63,973 nt of DNA, filler included, from 9 parts of 9 records of this genome joined end to end with filler, not necessarily neighbours in it; one strand, 5' to 3'; positions 17,880 through 28,787 are shown, counted from the whole stretch's first letter. The notes: a model not told the origin generated them from the sequence alone. A program made the numbers and translations.

Positions 17880-17996
17880 ATGATCGGCCATTATAAATGG
17901 GGGAAGAAGAAATCCAAGCGCATGGAAGTACTTCAGTTTATTTTAGTTTGTGTGATTCTTTTAACAGCATTTCTAGTAATAGAAGCATGTAGATGA
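17880..17996 (+). CDS. 38-aa single-TM peptide
   Basis: AGGAGG RBS; MIGHYKWGKKKSKRMEVLQFILVCVILLTAFLVIEACR; ATGA overlap with the next ORF; below the track cutoff. Confidence 0.55.
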   Translation: MIGHYKWGKKKSKRMEVLQFILVCVILLTAFLVIEACR

Positions 17997-18190
17997 AGAC
18001 CCATCGTGTTATTTCATCGAATAACAATTATTACCCGCAATACAGATGGTTTTTCTTCTGGAAATACTATACACGCAGTATTTCCAATTATTTTTATATG
18101 TTGGTGTCTTTCACAGATGAAGAGGATGCCATCCAGTTTATCACAGATCAATTGATGATGAAAAAGAGGGTAGTATGGGAGAAGAAATAA
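17993..18190 (+). CDS. Hypothetical phage protein
   Basis: YYPQYRWFFFWKYY...F..EEDA..FI pattern; coupled overlaps with neighbours. Confidence 0.65.
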   Translation: MKTHRVISSNNNYYPQYRWFFFWKYYTRSISNYFYMLVSFTDEEDAIQFITDQLMMKKRVVWEKK

Positions 18191-18447
18191 TTAAAGTTGT
18201 TGTAGTTTTTGGAGTGGTTCTTTGGTGCGTTTTTCAAGTTTACACGGGGTATCGTCAAGCCATGATCGAGGACTGTACAAGTGCATGTCCACTGTGCAAC
18301 TCAAAGGTTAAAATTCAAGTGAAGATGGATAAGACAAAAATCAGTTGTACCTCCTGTGGGACCTTTGTAGAGAGCGCTAAGTATCGGACTGCTGAATGGG
18401 CATGGGCAAGGATGTGTGCGGCCCACCGTGGAGAAGAGGATGAATAG
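18175..18447 (+). CDS. TM-anchored zinc-ribbon protein (Lar-like motif)
   Basis: N-terminal TM; CPLC...CTSCG...AEWAW. Confidence 0.6.
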   Translation: MGEEIIKVVVVFGVVLWCVFQVYTGYRQAMIEDCTSACPLCNSKVKIQVKMDKTKISCTSCGTFVESAKYRTAEWAWARMCAAHRGEEDE

Positions 18448-18649
18448 GCGTTCCAAGAAGTGCGGAAGCTGTGCCTACTTCCTCAAAATGAAGAGTCTTC
18501 AGAACAGTAGTGGGCTCTGTGAGTACTTCGATGGCCGCACCGATACCGGGAACCCCGGATGCAAGCATTGGAAGGGGGCTCCCATCCCGGACAAAACGCC
18601 TATCTCTAAAATACAACTAAAACTACTTGACCTCGAAGCAGGGCCATGA
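18440..18649 (+). CDS. Small Cys-rich protein
   Basis: CGSCAYF...GLCEY...CKHW; GAGGA just upstream of ATG 18440. Confidence 0.65.
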   Translation: MNRRSKKCGSCAYFLKMKSLQNSSGLCEYFDGRTDTGNPGCKHWKGAPIPDKTPISKIQLKLLDLEAGP

Positions 18650-18684
18650 TAAGATCTTATCATCAACCGATGATAGGAGTTATT

Positions 18685-19044
18685 ATGCGAGCGATTCACA
18701 TCAATGTACAGGAAGGTACGGTCACTGAAGTAGAGCTTACTGGTGGTAACCAGCTCACCGAGATGCAGAAACATGTTGGAGGTTATATTGAAGTCGCTCC
18801 CGTTAAGTTCGAAAATGGCGATGTTCTTTTCGTTGATGAAGAAGGCCTCTACAAGCAGACCGAATGGTTTGGCTACAAATGTGAAGATGGTGTAAGATAT
18901 TTCAAAGGAAATGGTCTGCTCTGTGGTGGCGCGGGGGAGGACACGGCTTCAGCACGATCTGCCCTGACCGACATTGCTGAGCGGGTTGAGTTCATTACCA
19001 ATCGTGGGATGCAAATCAAAGTCGCAAATGGAGAGGTTAAATGA
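18685..19044 (+). CDS. DUF3846-like protein
   Basis: L.EMQKHVGGYIE...LFVDEEGL...GNGLL.G signature; AGGAG RBS. Confidence 0.75.
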   Translation: MRAIHINVQEGTVTEVELTGGNQLTEMQKHVGGYIEVAPVKFENGDVLFVDEEGLYKQTEWFGYKCEDGVRYFKGNGLLCGGAGEDTASARSALTDIAERVEFITNRGMQIKVANGEVK

Positions 19045-19535
19045 GTTCCCATATCCTGCAAATGCTCGATGGTTTTGCCACGGTAAGCATGGACCCAAAA
19101 CAGAGCTCATTCTGGGCTTGGAAAAGAGATGTAGCTGAAGAAGTTCTGGTTGAGTCCTTTTCTGAAGTCTGCCCTCAGTACGCAGAATATATCGTAAGTG
19201 AGACTCAGGCCAAAGAGTGCTACCGCAACTCTATATCTCTTGCAGGAGCCATCCCCGGAGCGAAGATCGTACTGGGGATGGGATGTGGGTCTTCGACCAT
19301 CCCTACGGAGCATGCATGGCTGAGTATTGATGGCCGCTACATTGATCCAACTTGGGAGCTTCATACCGCTCTCGATTTTGATATCACAGAATACAGGAAG
19401 TTCATTGAACTTCCCTACGGTGACTTTGTAGAGATCTTCCTTGATATACAGAAGAGAGGAGGTTTCGTGGATATGGTGGTAGGAGGCTATTATGAGAGGT
19501 ACGTCGAAAAAGCGTGTAACGAAGAAGCAAATTGA
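19041..19535 (+). CDS. Hypothetical protein with Cys-His-Asp motif set
   Basis: ECYRNS...EHAWL..DG..IDPTW. Confidence 0.7.
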   Translation: MSSHILQMLDGFATVSMDPKQSSFWAWKRDVAEEVLVESFSEVCPQYAEYIVSETQAKECYRNSISLAGAIPGAKIVLGMGCGSSTIPTEHAWLSIDGRYIDPTWELHTALDFDITEYRKFIELPYGDFVEIFLDIQKRGGFVDMVVGGYYERYVEKACNEEAN

Positions 19536-19719
19536 GAGTACCCTCCCTAAGGGATACGGGATATTTAAAGCAGAAGGTGTCTATTACTTTGTGGATGGAG
19601 ACACATGGGACTGGCCTGAAACCTGCACTCACTTCTGCACATTAGATTTTGTCCCTTTGGAGAAGTGGAGAGACACTTTTGATGACTTAAGAAAAAGCTA
19701 TGAGGAGGCAAAGAAGTGA
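19492..19719 (+). CDS. Hypothetical phage protein
   Basis: AGGAGG RBS; 75-aa ORF. Confidence 0.65.
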   Translation: MRGTSKKRVTKKQIESTLPKGYGIFKAEGVYYFVDGDTWDWPETCTHFCTLDFVPLEKWRDTFDDLRKSYEEAKK

Positions 19720-19970
19720 GTCTGAAATGGGGAGATATCAATACAGTCAAGACGGTGCCCGAGGAGGCCAAGGAGAAGGTTGAGCAGTGGCTTGAGGGCG
19801 TAGATGCCGAGGTGCTGTTCGGCTGGTTTGAGGACGGCGCTTTGCTGGTTACCTGCCGGTACTCCAGAAAGGATGAGTACGGCACACATAATAAGATTCT
19901 TGGTCTCAGGTGTTTTGAGATCGGTGGTCAATGGCAGTTGAGTCAGGATCATGATAGTGTGCTGGGCTGA
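19716..19970 (+). CDS. Hypothetical phage protein
   Basis: GAGGAGG RBS; GTGA overlap with the upstream stop. Confidence 0.65.
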   Translation: MSLKWGDINTVKTVPEEAKEKVEQWLEGVDAEVLFGWFEDGALLVTCRYSRKDEYGTHNKILGLRCFEIGGQWQLSQDHDSVLG

Positions 19971-19975
19971 TAGGG

Positions 19976-20159
19976 ATGGCGTGTAACGCGTGCAGGACGG
20001 ACAGTAAAGGACGGCAATGGTGTTGCCATGGGTTTCCAGTAACACCAATATGCGACCTTCCCACTCATATTCCTACTGGAAAGGGAAACCTATATGTTGT
20101 CAGGAAGACAATCCATTTTCCATACTTCCAAAAGGCTTCAATATCACGGAGTATCGGAA
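19976..20159 (+). CDS. Hypothetical Cys-rich protein, 3'-truncated
   Basis: Open frame from ATG 19976 to the contig end. Confidence 0.45.
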
Positions 20160-20259
20160 NNNNNNNNNNNNNNNNNNNNNNNNNNNNNNNNNNNNNNNNN
20201 NNNTTAATTAATTAANNNNNNNNNNNNNNNNNNNNNNNNNNNNNNNNNNNNNNNNNNNN

Positions 20260-21149
20260 TGCGGGAGGAATTGGGCCGGCTGCAGGCTTCGATCGGAGGC
20301 CACAACCAGACCCTTCAACAGGTCCGGGCCAAGGTCGTCCAGGATTCGCAGCGCTACCACAACACCGTCGGCGCCATCAATGCGCGCCTTCAGGTCGGCA
20401 CGACGCCGGGCAATCCGATCCTGGTCCAGCAGTTCAACAGCTCGCAGGGCGATCTCGACCGGCTGGCCGCGGACATCGCCGAAATGAACGCGCTGGCGAC
20501 CCAGGTCGCGGCCGATTCGACGATGTCGGCGTTTTTGTCGGAATCGGCCCGCGCCGCCTTCAGCATCTCCGGTGCCGTCGACGAGGACCATCGCCAGTTG
20601 ACGATCCTCGAGGACGAGATCAACCGCACCGTCGTCTTGATCGATCGGCTGCTGAAAGAGGTCGCCGACGATGTACAGCGCCAGACCAATTACGTGTCGA
20701 CCGAGCGCAGCAACCTGAACCTGCTGTCGACCGGCATCAAGAGCGGCGAGATCTACGGCGCCAGCCTCGTCAACCGCGCCATGACGTCGGTTGCCGGCGG
20801 CGGCCCGGCGGCGGCACCGTCGGCTGCGAAAACCGCCGACATAACGGGGCGCCGGCCGTTGGTGGTGATTCGCTTCGACAAACCGAACGTGCCCTACCAG
20901 CAGGCCGTCTACACCGCCATCAGCCGTGTTCTCGAACGTCGCCCGCAGGCGCAGTTCGACCTGGTCGCCGTGGCGCCGACGTCCGGCGGGCCGGCGCGGG
21001 TTGCGGTGAACAGCAACAAATCGCGGCGCTACGCCGAAAGCGTCCTGCGTTCGCTCGTTGAAATGGGCCTTCCGCCCGGACGAATCGCCCTCGCCGGCAC
21101 GACCAGCGGCGGCGCCAAATCCAACGAGGTTCACATCTACCTGCGGTAA
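20260..21149 (+). CDS. Hypothetical protein (coiled-coil plus C-terminal OmpA-C-like region), 5'-truncated
   Basis: Long ORF with high-GC codon usage; C-terminal RRPLVVIRFD...AESVLRSLVEMGLPP.RI...NEVHIY. Confidence 0.75.
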
Positions 21150-21302
21150 CGCGGCCGAACGCAATATTGTTACTGGGCAAACCGGCGCCACCGTGCGCCG
21201 GTTTCCTTTTCCGGCATCGGCCCGTTTTTATCTCGAATCGGCGTTGCCTGACGCCGGGCCATGCGGTTTAATCGCCCCGGCAGATCACGGAAGAAATGAG
21301 CC

Positions 21303-21806
21303 ATGGCATTCAGAGACGACGTAATCAATCATTCGGTGACCTGGGTGGAGGTGCACCGCGACACCCGCGAACTCGCCCGCAGGCTGGTCGACAAGGGCCC
21401 CTGGAAGGGCATCATCGCCCTGACCCGCGGCGGTCTCGTGCCGGCGGCGATCGTCGCCAGGGAGCTCAACATCTTCATGGTCGATACCCTGTGCATTTCG
21501 ACCTATGACGAGCAGGTCAAGGAAAGCGCCAACGTCCTGAAAACGCCGGACCGGGCCGTCGCCGAGGAAGGCGAAGGCTGGCTGCTTATCGACGATCTGG
21601 TCGACACCGGAACGACCGCCAAGGAAGCCCGGAAAATCCTGCCCAAGGTCTACTTCGCCACCGTCTACGCCAAACCCCTGGGGCGCCAAAGCGTCGATAC
21701 CTGCGTCCACGAGGTCAGCCAGGAAACCTGGATCTATTTCCCATGGGATACGGAACCCCAATACATCACGCCGATCGCCGATGGCCCCCGAAAATCCCGA
21801 TCCTGA
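21303..21806 (+). CDS. gpt: Xanthine/guanine phosphoribosyltransferase
   Basis: IIALTRGGLVPA, LLIDDLVDTGTT, ATVYAKP, QETWIYFPWD. Confidence 0.93.
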   Translation: MAFRDDVINHSVTWVEVHRDTRELARRLVDKGPWKGIIALTRGGLVPAAIVARELNIFMVDTLCISTYDEQVKESANVLKTPDRAVAEEGEGWLLIDDLVDTGTTAKEARKILPKVYFATVYAKPLGRQSVDTCVHEVSQETWIYFPWDTEPQYITPIADGPRKSRS

Positions 21807-22725
21807 TCAAGGAATCGGTGGCGCAAACGAAAGCGGATTACCCCGGCTCGGCCTGATCCTTCTTTTTCTTGTGACCCTCGGCTGGGGCACCGCCTGGCCG
21901 GCCATGAAGATCGTTCTGAACGAGATGTCGCCGTGGACCTTCCGCACCATCACGGTGCCGGCGGCGGCGGCGATCCTGATGGGAATTTGCTGGATTTCCC
22001 GAATCCCGATCGCCGTTCCGCGCGACAAATGGAAAGACCTGATCGTCGTTTCCCTGGTCAATGTCGGCGGCTGGCAGATTTTCAGCGCATTGGGGCTCAA
22101 CGAGCTATCGTCCGGGCGGGCTGTTCTGGTCGCCTACACCATGCCGGTGTTCGCCTCGCTGTCGGGCGCCGTTCTGTTGGGGGAAACGCTGACCGCGCGC
22201 GTCATCGGCGCCCTCGTCCTCGGCACCGCCGGTGTCGGCGCCCTGCTTTGGGGCAACTTCGGAAACATCGGCGCCTCGCCCCTGGGTGTCGCCTATATGC
22301 TGGGGGCGGCCTCGACCTGGGGACTGGGAATCGCGCTGCTGAAAAGGGTCGATTGGCAAATGCCGACCCTGTCCCTGACGGCGTGGCAAATGCTCATCGC
22401 CGCAGGCCCGATTGTCATCATCGGCGGGCTATTGGATGGCATCCATTTCGCGCCGTTGTCGGATTTGGCCGCGAACATGCTGGTTTTCGTCATCCTTGTT
22501 CCGCTCTGTTTTTGCACCTACGCCTTTTTCAAGATCGTCAGCCTGTTTCCGGCCAATGTCTCGGCCATTGGCACGTTGATGATCCCGGTCATCGGTGTCA
22601 TCAGCGGCAGCCTGGTGCTGGGCGAACCCGTCGGATGGCGCGAAGGCACCGCCCTTGTCCTGATCGGGGCGTCGCTGGCGCTGATTCTTCTAGTCCCGGC
22701 CAGGCGAACCGACCGCTCTCGATAG
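21781..22725 (+). CDS. DMT/EamA family transporter
   Basis: About ten TM helices; duplicated EamA repeats ending LGE. Confidence 0.88.
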   Translation: MAPENPDPDQGIGGANESGLPRLGLILLFLVTLGWGTAWPAMKIVLNEMSPWTFRTITVPAAAAILMGICWISRIPIAVPRDKWKDLIVVSLVNVGGWQIFSALGLNELSSGRAVLVAYTMPVFASLSGAVLLGETLTARVIGALVLGTAGVGALLWGNFGNIGASPLGVAYMLGAASTWGLGIALLKRVDWQMPTLSLTAWQMLIAAGPIVIIGGLLDGIHFAPLSDLAANMLVFVILVPLCFCTYAFFKIVSLFPANVSAIGTLMIPVIGVISGSLVLGEPVGWREGTALVLIGASLALILLVPARRTDRSR

Positions 22726-22747
22726 CCTTCTTGGGTTGCGACGACCA

Positions 22748-23431
22748 TTAGGAAACCTCCGGCAAGTCCATTCCTTCGATCGCGATCACGCGTGCCGGGG
22801 CGCCGTCGGTACCGGCGATCTTGATCGGCAGCGCGCAGAGGAACACTTCTTCGCCGGAGAGCTTTTCGGTATTGGTCAAATATTCGATCAAGGTGACGCC
22901 GTTGCGCAATAACGTGTCGTGCGTAACGTTCTCATCGAAGGTGCATGATCCCCCGGTGATCGAAAAGCGAATCGGATAGTCCTGCGGAAAATCGAAGGCG
23001 ATGGCACGAATGTTCCTTTCCATGAGGAATTCGCAGGCCCCGCGAGTCATGTAGGGCGCATGCGTCCAGAATTCGGGATCTTTGAACGATCGCCGCGTCC
23101 CCCAACAGCTTTTCATCAGAACGTTGGCTTGCCCGGGAACGTGTTTCGCGGCCTTTTCCATGCGCGCGCGTTCGATGGGCTCGTTTTCGCGGATGTCCGA
23201 TACGTCGACGATGTGCCAGATTCCGACCAGATGGCTCATCGGCGTTTCGTCGAGAGTAGGGCCGTCGGCCAGCATATGGCGCCGGGAATCGATATGCGTG
23301 AAGGCATGGACCGGCATGCCGATCCAGCTTGCGTGGAAATGGTCGCCGGCGTCCTGGTCCATGACCAGACGGCGTTCCACCTTCCAACGAAAATGATCGG
23401 AAATGGGCAGAGTCAAATCGATGACGTGCAT
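22748..23431 (-). CDS. Cyclase family (kynurenine formamidase-like) hydrolase
   Basis: IDLTLPI, HAFTHIDS..H, IEYLTN, LPIKI.GTDGAPARVIA. Confidence 0.88.
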   Translation of the reverse strand: MHVIDLTLPISDHFRWKVERRLVMDQDAGDHFHASWIGMPVHAFTHIDSRRHMLADGPTLDETPMSHLVGIWHIVDVSDIRENEPIERARMEKAAKHVPGQANVLMKSCWGTRRSFKDPEFWTHAPYMTRGACEFLMERNIRAIAFDFPQDYPIRFSITGGSCTFDENVTHDTLLRNGVTLIEYLTNTEKLSGEEVFLCALPIKIAGTDGAPARVIAIEGMDLPEVS

Positions 23432-23473
23432 GGTTTTCCCCTTGCCCGCCGCACGGCGGACACCCGTTCCGGT

Positions 23474-24328
23474 TTATACCGCGACGTTGTCGATCAGCCG
23501 GGCCTTCCCCAACCTGGCGGCGGCCAGCACCCGGCCCGGTTCATTCCGGTCTGCCAGGGGCGCCAGTGTATCGGCGTTGCGCACCTCGACGTAGTCGACC
23601 GGGTCGAACCCCGCCTCGGCCAAACGGTTTCGTGCCGATTCGACCGTTTCGGGAATACCGGCACCACCATGAATGGCCTCGGCGACCTCCTTGATGGTTT
23701 CATAAAGAAGCGGCGCGATGGCCCGTTCCGAGGCGGTGAGATAGGCGTTCCTGGACGACATGGCCAATCCGTCGGCCTCGCGTACGGTCGGCGCGCCAAC
23801 AATCTCGACCGGAATATCCAAGTCCAGGGTCAGACGTTTGATGACTTGAAGCTGTTGATAATCCTTTTCGCCGAAAAACGCGGCGTCCGGCAGGGACTGA
23901 AGCAATAGCTTCGCAACGACGGTAGCAACGCCGGTAAAAAACCCCGGACGGGATTGGCCTTCCAGAATATCGCCGATACCGGCGACCGAAACCTCGGTGG
24001 TCGAACCAGACGGATACATTTCCTCGACTTCGGGCGCGAACAACAGATGCGCTCCGGCGGCCGCCAGCATGGCGGCGTCGTTTGCTTCGTTGCGCGGATA
24101 GCTGCCCAGGTCTTCGTTCGGGTTGAACTGCTTCGGATTGACGAAAAGGGAAACCACCGTGCGGGCAGTCCTCTCCAACGACAGCTTCACAAGCGAAATA
24201 TGGCCGTCGTGAAGGGCCCCCATGGTCGGCACCAATCCGATGCGGTTCCCGGCCGCCCGCTCGGTGGCAACCCAGGCGCGCAGGTCGGCGATCGTGCGGA
24301 CGACAGGAATTCCGGAAGGTTGGCTCAT
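23474..24328 (-). CDS. panC: Pantoate--beta-alanine ligase
   Basis: [43 protein letters not shown]. Confidence 0.96.
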   Translation of the reverse strand: MSQPSGIPVVRTIADLRAWVATERAAGNRIGLVPTMGALHDGHISLVKLSLERTARTVVSLFVNPKQFNPNEDLGSYPRNEANDAAMLAAAGAHLLFAPEVEEMYPSGSTTEVSVAGIGDILEGQSRPGFFTGVATVVAKLLLQSLPDAAFFGEKDYQQLQVIKRLTLDLDIPVEIVGAPTVREADGLAMSSRNAYLTASERAIAPLLYETIKEVAEAIHGGAGIPETVESARNRLAEAGFDPVDYVEVRNADTLAPLADRNEPGRVLAAARLGKARLIDNVAV

Positions 24329-25152
24329 TTAGTCTTTTTCGAGTTGTAGAGGTGTTCCGCCCCCGGAAACCGCCGGGCCCTCACGTCTTCGGCGTAGGCC
24401 GTGGCAGCTTCGGCAACCTGATCGCCAAGTTCGGCGTATCGTTTGACGAACTTGGGCTGGAAATCCGAGAACAGGCCGACGACATCCTCGGTCACCAGAA
24501 TCTGGCCGTCGCAGGCGGCCGAGGCACCGATGCCGATGGTTGGCACGGAAACTATCTCGGTGATCCGACGGGCCACCGGTTCAACCGTTCCCTCGACAAC
24601 AATGGCAAAGGCACCCGCTTCGTCGATGGCGCGGGCATCGGCCATAAGAACGGCGGCTTCCTCATCGTTCCGTCCATGGGCGTGGTAGCCGCCATCGGCG
24701 TGGATCGATTGCGGCGTCAAACCGATATGGCCCATGACCGGAATGCCGCGCGCGGTCAGGAACGAGACCGTTTCCGCCATTTCGGCACCGCCTTCCAGTT
24801 TGACCCCTTTCGCACCGGTCTCGGCCATGACCCGGGCTCCGGCGCGATAGGCCACCTGTGGCGATTCCTTATAGGAACCGAAAGGAAGATCGACAATGAC
24901 ACAGGCTTTCTCGGTGCCACGGGTCACGGCAGCGCCGTGGGCGATCATCATTTCCAGGGTTACGCCGAGACTGGTCGGCATGCCGTAAAGGACCATACCC
25001 AGCGAATCACCGACAAGGATCAAATCGACGATCGGATCGAGAAATTTCGCCATCGGCGTCGAATAGGCCGTCAGGCATACGATCGGTTCGCCGCCTTTAC
25101 GGCCGCGAATGGCGGGGATGGTGATCCCGCGTTGCCGGTTTGTCGAACTCAC
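24325..25152 (-). CDS. panB: 3-methyl-2-oxobutanoate hydroxymethyltransferase
   Basis: [37 protein letters not shown]; probable GTG start after GGAGGA. Confidence 0.95.
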   Translation of the reverse strand: MSSTNRQRGITIPAIRGRKGGEPIVCLTAYSTPMAKFLDPIVDLILVGDSLGMVLYGMPTSLGVTLEMMIAHGAAVTRGTEKACVIVDLPFGSYKESPQVAYRAGARVMAETGAKGVKLEGGAEMAETVSFLTARGIPVMGHIGLTPQSIHADGGYHAHGRNDEEAAVLMADARAIDEAGAFAIVVEGTVEPVARRITEIVSVPTIGIGASAACDGQILVTEDVVGLFSDFQPKFVKRYAELGDQVAEAATAYAEDVRARRFPGAEHLYNSKKTK

Positions 25153-25419
25153 AACATTTCCTCCTGGTTCCCCGGCATCCGCAGACGAACACCAACCGAT
25201 CGGCTGGGCAAATTGTCGCGGCAAACCTATGTTCCCGCCCTTGGCCCGCCACAATTCCGTGCTAGGCGGAAGGCGTCCGGGAAATACGGTCGCGCACTAT
25301 AGGACGAGGCGCCGATGGCGGCAATCCGTTCTTGAAAGGCGTGGCGAGTCCGACATTTCTCGGGCATTATTCAGGCTTGAGGGGAAATCGGCCGAGGGCT
25401 GAATATCGGTTCTTCGGTT

Positions 25420-27279
25420 ATGATCCAGGAACGGGGATTGATCATGGTTGATCGGCCTTTGACAGGGCTGCTGCAGGTCTTTGTCGTTGTCGTTGCGCTT
25501 GGCATCGCCGCTTGCGGGCCGGCGAAACAGCAAGCGACGGGCGGCCCGAAAACGGACACGACGTCGGTGGCGGGAGCCGTTGGCGCAACAGGAGACGCGC
25601 CAGAGGCGAGAGCCGAACCGGAAGCGCCATCGGCGATACAGGAGAAAGGCCCGGCAACGGCCAAACGACACATGATCGCGGCGGCCAACCCCCTGGCCGC
25701 AGAAGCCGGTCGTGACATCCTGCGCAAAGGCGGCAGCGCCGTCGATGCTGCGATTGCCGCGCAAATGGTTTTGAATCTGGTTGAACCCCAATCGTCCGGT
25801 ATCGGCGGCGGCGGCTTTTTGATGCATTTTGCTGCCGAAAGCGGCGAAATCGCTGCTTACGATGGGCGCGAAACGGCGCCGGCGGCTTCCTCGCCGGATA
25901 TGTTCCTGAACGCCGGCGGCAAACCCCGGAAATTCTACGATGCCGTTGTCGGCGGTTTGTCGGTCGGTGTTCCCGGCCTGCTTCGCATGTTGGAAGCCGC
26001 CCATCGGGATCATGGCCGGCTCCCCTGGTCAACGCTGTTCGAGCCGGCAATCGAATTGGCCGAAAACGGGTTTTTGGTGTCCGATCGCCTGCACACCCTG
26101 ATCGCCAAGGACAAATATCTGAAGACCTACGATGGCGCTGCCGGTTATTTCTACGATCCGGCCGGTGATCCTCTGCCCGTCGGTCATCGACTCATCAATC
26201 AGGACCTAGCAGCGACTTTCCGAGCAATTGCATATAGCGGGGCCGATGCCTTTTACATCGGCGACATCGCATCGGATATCGCCGCAACGGTGCGGGGCGC
26301 CAGCGGCAATCCGGGCCGGATGTACCGGGCCGATCTGGCTGCCTACAAGGCGGTGAAACGTGAACCGGTTTGCCTGTTCTACCGCGAATGGCTGGTCTGC
26401 GGCATGCCGCCTCCGTCTTCGGGCGGGATTACGACCTTGCAGATCCTGGGGCTGCTGCAGAATGTCGAATTGTCCGAGATGGCCCCCAACTCGTTGGAAC
26501 CCGTGCACCTGATCGCCGAGGCCAGCCGTTTGGCCTTCGCGGACAGAAACACCTATATCGCCGATCCCGATTTCATTCCGGTTCCGACCGCCGGAATGCT
26601 CGATCCGGGATATCTCGAACTTCGCGCCAGCGAGATATCGCCCGATGACAGCATGGGCCCGGCCTTTCCCGGAATGCCGGGCGTGGCGGGTGCCTGGCGG
26701 TTGGCTCCCGATTCGTCAACCGGAGGCATTTCGACGACCCACATGAGCGTCATCGATGCCGACGGAAATGCCGTTTCCATGACGACCAGTATCGAAAGTG
26801 CGTTCGGATCCCGCCTTATGGTGCGCGGATTTCTGTTGAACAACCAACTGACCGATTTTTCCTTCCTTCCCATCAAGGACGGATCCCCCGTGGCCAACTC
26901 GGTGGCACCGGGTAAACGGCCGCGCAGTTCGATGGCGCCGACTCTGGTTTTTGGGCCGGATGGAAAAGTGGTTCTGGCCGTCGGGTCGCCCGGTGGGTCC
27001 CGCATCATCGGCTATGTCGCCAAAACCCTGATCGCGGCACTGGATTGGAACATGGATATCCAGTCGGCCATCGCGTTGCCGCATTTCGTCAACCGGAACG
27101 GCCGCACCGACCTGGAAAAAGGAACCCATATCGAAGCCCTCGCCAAATCCCTCGAGGGACTGGGGCATGAAATCGGCGTTCGTGACCTGACCAGCGGCCT
27201 TCACGGGATCTCGGCAAAAGCGGATGGACTAAGAGGCGGAGCCGATCCGCGCCGCGAAGGAGTCGCTCTTGGCGATTGA
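25420..27279 (+). CDS. ggt: Gamma-glutamyltransferase
   Basis: GGSAVDAAIA, EPQSSGIGGG, DGRETAP, TTHMSVID (catalytic Thr), LNNQLTDF, PGKRPRSSM, GSPGG. Confidence 0.95.
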   Translation: MIQERGLIMVDRPLTGLLQVFVVVVALGIAACGPAKQQATGGPKTDTTSVAGAVGATGDAPEARAEPEAPSAIQEKGPATAKRHMIAAANPLAAEAGRDILRKGGSAVDAAIAAQMVLNLVEPQSSGIGGGGFLMHFAAESGEIAAYDGRETAPAASSPDMFLNAGGKPRKFYDAVVGGLSVGVPGLLRMLEAAHRDHGRLPWSTLFEPAIELAENGFLVSDRLHTLIAKDKYLKTYDGAAGYFYDPAGDPLPVGHRLINQDLAATFRAIAYSGADAFYIGDIASDIAATVRGASGNPGRMYRADLAAYKAVKREPVCLFYREWLVCGMPPPSSGGITTLQILGLLQNVELSEMAPNSLEPVHLIAEASRLAFADRNTYIADPDFIPVPTAGMLDPGYLELRASEISPDDSMGPAFPGMPGVAGAWRLAPDSSTGGISTTHMSVIDADGNAVSMTTSIESAFGSRLMVRGFLLNNQLTDFSFLPIKDGSPVANSVAPGKRPRSSMAPTLVFGPDGKVVLAVGSPGGSRIIGYVAKTLIAALDWNMDIQSAIALPHFVNRNGRTDLEKGTHIEALAKSLEGLGHEIGVRDLTSGLHGISAKADGLRGGADPRREGVALGD

Positions 27280-28492
27280 ACCCGCAAAACCCGACGCAAA
27301 CGAAAGTGACAATCGGCAGCACCTGTATTTGCGCCCTGGCGGCGACAAACGGGCTTCTCGCGGGCATCCTTGGGTTTATGCCAACGAAATCCGCATGGAC
27401 GCGGAGGCGAAATCGCTGCCGCCGGGTTCGGTTGTCACCCTGCACCGGGTCGACGGTAAACCGCTGGGCCAGGGCACGTTCAATCCGCACGCATTGATCG
27501 CCTTCCGGTTTCTGACCCGGAATCCACGCGCAACCATCGATGACGGCTTCTTTGTAAGGCGTTTCGAGCGGGCCCTGTCGTTGCGCGGCGCGCTTTTCGA
27601 TTCACCGTTCTATCGGTTGATCCATGCCGAAGCCGACGGTCTGCCAAGTCTGATCGTCGATCGTTACGGCGACGTGCTGACGGTCCAATCCGGAACCGCC
27701 GGAATGGATCGTTTGATGCCCGATATTCTGGCCGCCGCCGAGAACCTTTTGGCGCCGCGTGCTATCGTTCTGCGCAACGACGGGCGCGGTCGGGCCCTGG
27801 AAGGACTCGAGGCCGAAATTCGGCTTGCCAAAGGCGACCTCGACGGCCCGATTGAAATAGAGGAGTCGGGACTGACCTTCCTGGCCGATCCGCTGGCAGG
27901 CCAGAAAACCGGCTGGTTCTTCGATCAACGCGACAACCGTGCTTTCGTATCAAGCCTGGCCAACGGCGCCCGCATGCTGGATCTTTATTGCTACGGTGGC
28001 GGATTCGCGATTTCGGCGGCTGCCCGCGGTGCTGAATCGGCACTTGGAATTGATGGTTCGGAAGGCGCCATCGGCCTTGCCCGGAAGGCCGCCGAACGAA
28101 ACGGATTGGGTTCGATATGCGCGTTTCGCCAAGGAGAAGCTTTTGGCGAATTGGCCAAGCTGGACGCCGGCGGTGAGCGATTTGGTTTGGTTGTCGCCGA
28201 TCCCCCAGCGTTCGTGAAATCGCGCAAACACCTTCGGGCCGGCCTGAAGGGATACCAGAAATTGGCGGGTCTGGCGGCGAAACTGGTAAATGCGGGTGGG
28301 TTTCTTTTTCTGGCGTCCTGCTCGCATAACGCCGAGGAACGCGACTTCATCGGCGCTGTAACCGACGGCATCCGTCGGGCCGGACGGAGCGGAAGAATCC
28401 TGCGCAAATCCGGGGCCGCACCGGACCACCCGGTGCATCCGCACCTGCCGGAATCGGTTTACCTGAAGGCGGTCATTCTGCAATTGGATTGA
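27269..28492 (+). CDS. RlmI-like SAM-dependent rRNA methyltransferase
   Basis: GHPWVYANE, EADGLP.LIVDRY, GQKTGWFFDQRDNR, DPPAF, ASCS, PDHP...YLK. Confidence 0.88.
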   Translation: MAIEPAKPDANESDNRQHLYLRPGGDKRASRGHPWVYANEIRMDAEAKSLPPGSVVTLHRVDGKPLGQGTFNPHALIAFRFLTRNPRATIDDGFFVRRFERALSLRGALFDSPFYRLIHAEADGLPSLIVDRYGDVLTVQSGTAGMDRLMPDILAAAENLLAPRAIVLRNDGRGRALEGLEAEIRLAKGDLDGPIEIEESGLTFLADPLAGQKTGWFFDQRDNRAFVSSLANGARMLDLYCYGGGFAISAAARGAESALGIDGSEGAIGLARKAAERNGLGSICAFRQGEAFGELAKLDAGGERFGLVVADPPAFVKSRKHLRAGLKGYQKLAGLAAKLVNAGGFLFLASCSHNAEERDFIGAVTDGIRRAGRSGRILRKSGAAPDHPVHPHLPESVYLKAVILQLD

Positions 28493-28787
28493 GAGGATGG
28501 CGTCTATTTGGCGTCGTTCAACGCCCAATCATAGGCATGGCCGTCGATTTTCGTGGCCTTGTCCAAAGCATTTTTCAGCGCCCCTTCGGCGTATCGCTTT
28601 AGATGGGCGAGTATGGTTTCGTCGGTACCGCCAAAATCGTCCGCGAACCACCTATANNNNNNNNNNNNNNNNNNNNNNNNNNNNNNNNNNNNNNNNNNNN
28701 TTAATTAATTAANNNNNNNNNNNNNNNNNNNNNNNNNNNNNNNNNNNNNNNNNNNNAACCAATTTAAAATACGCGCGTGACCACAAT

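Larger units (their letters stand above)
10087..20159 (+). mobile_element. Probable bacteriophage genome fragment (tRNA/ncRNA region plus small-ORF region)
   Basis: All genes co-oriented; dense short hypothetical ORFs; tRNA cluster; families typical of phages (DUF1523-like, SPFH, DUF3846, Acb2/Tad1-like). No virion genes are visible, so a plasmid or ICE is not excluded. Confidence 0.8.

Noticed and set aside
10087-20159. Amber (TAG) recoded phage
   Set aside because: ORFs ending in TAG (10509, 12237, 13975, 16066) stop at natural-looking ends next to RNA elements or promoters. Coding density is high under the standard code.
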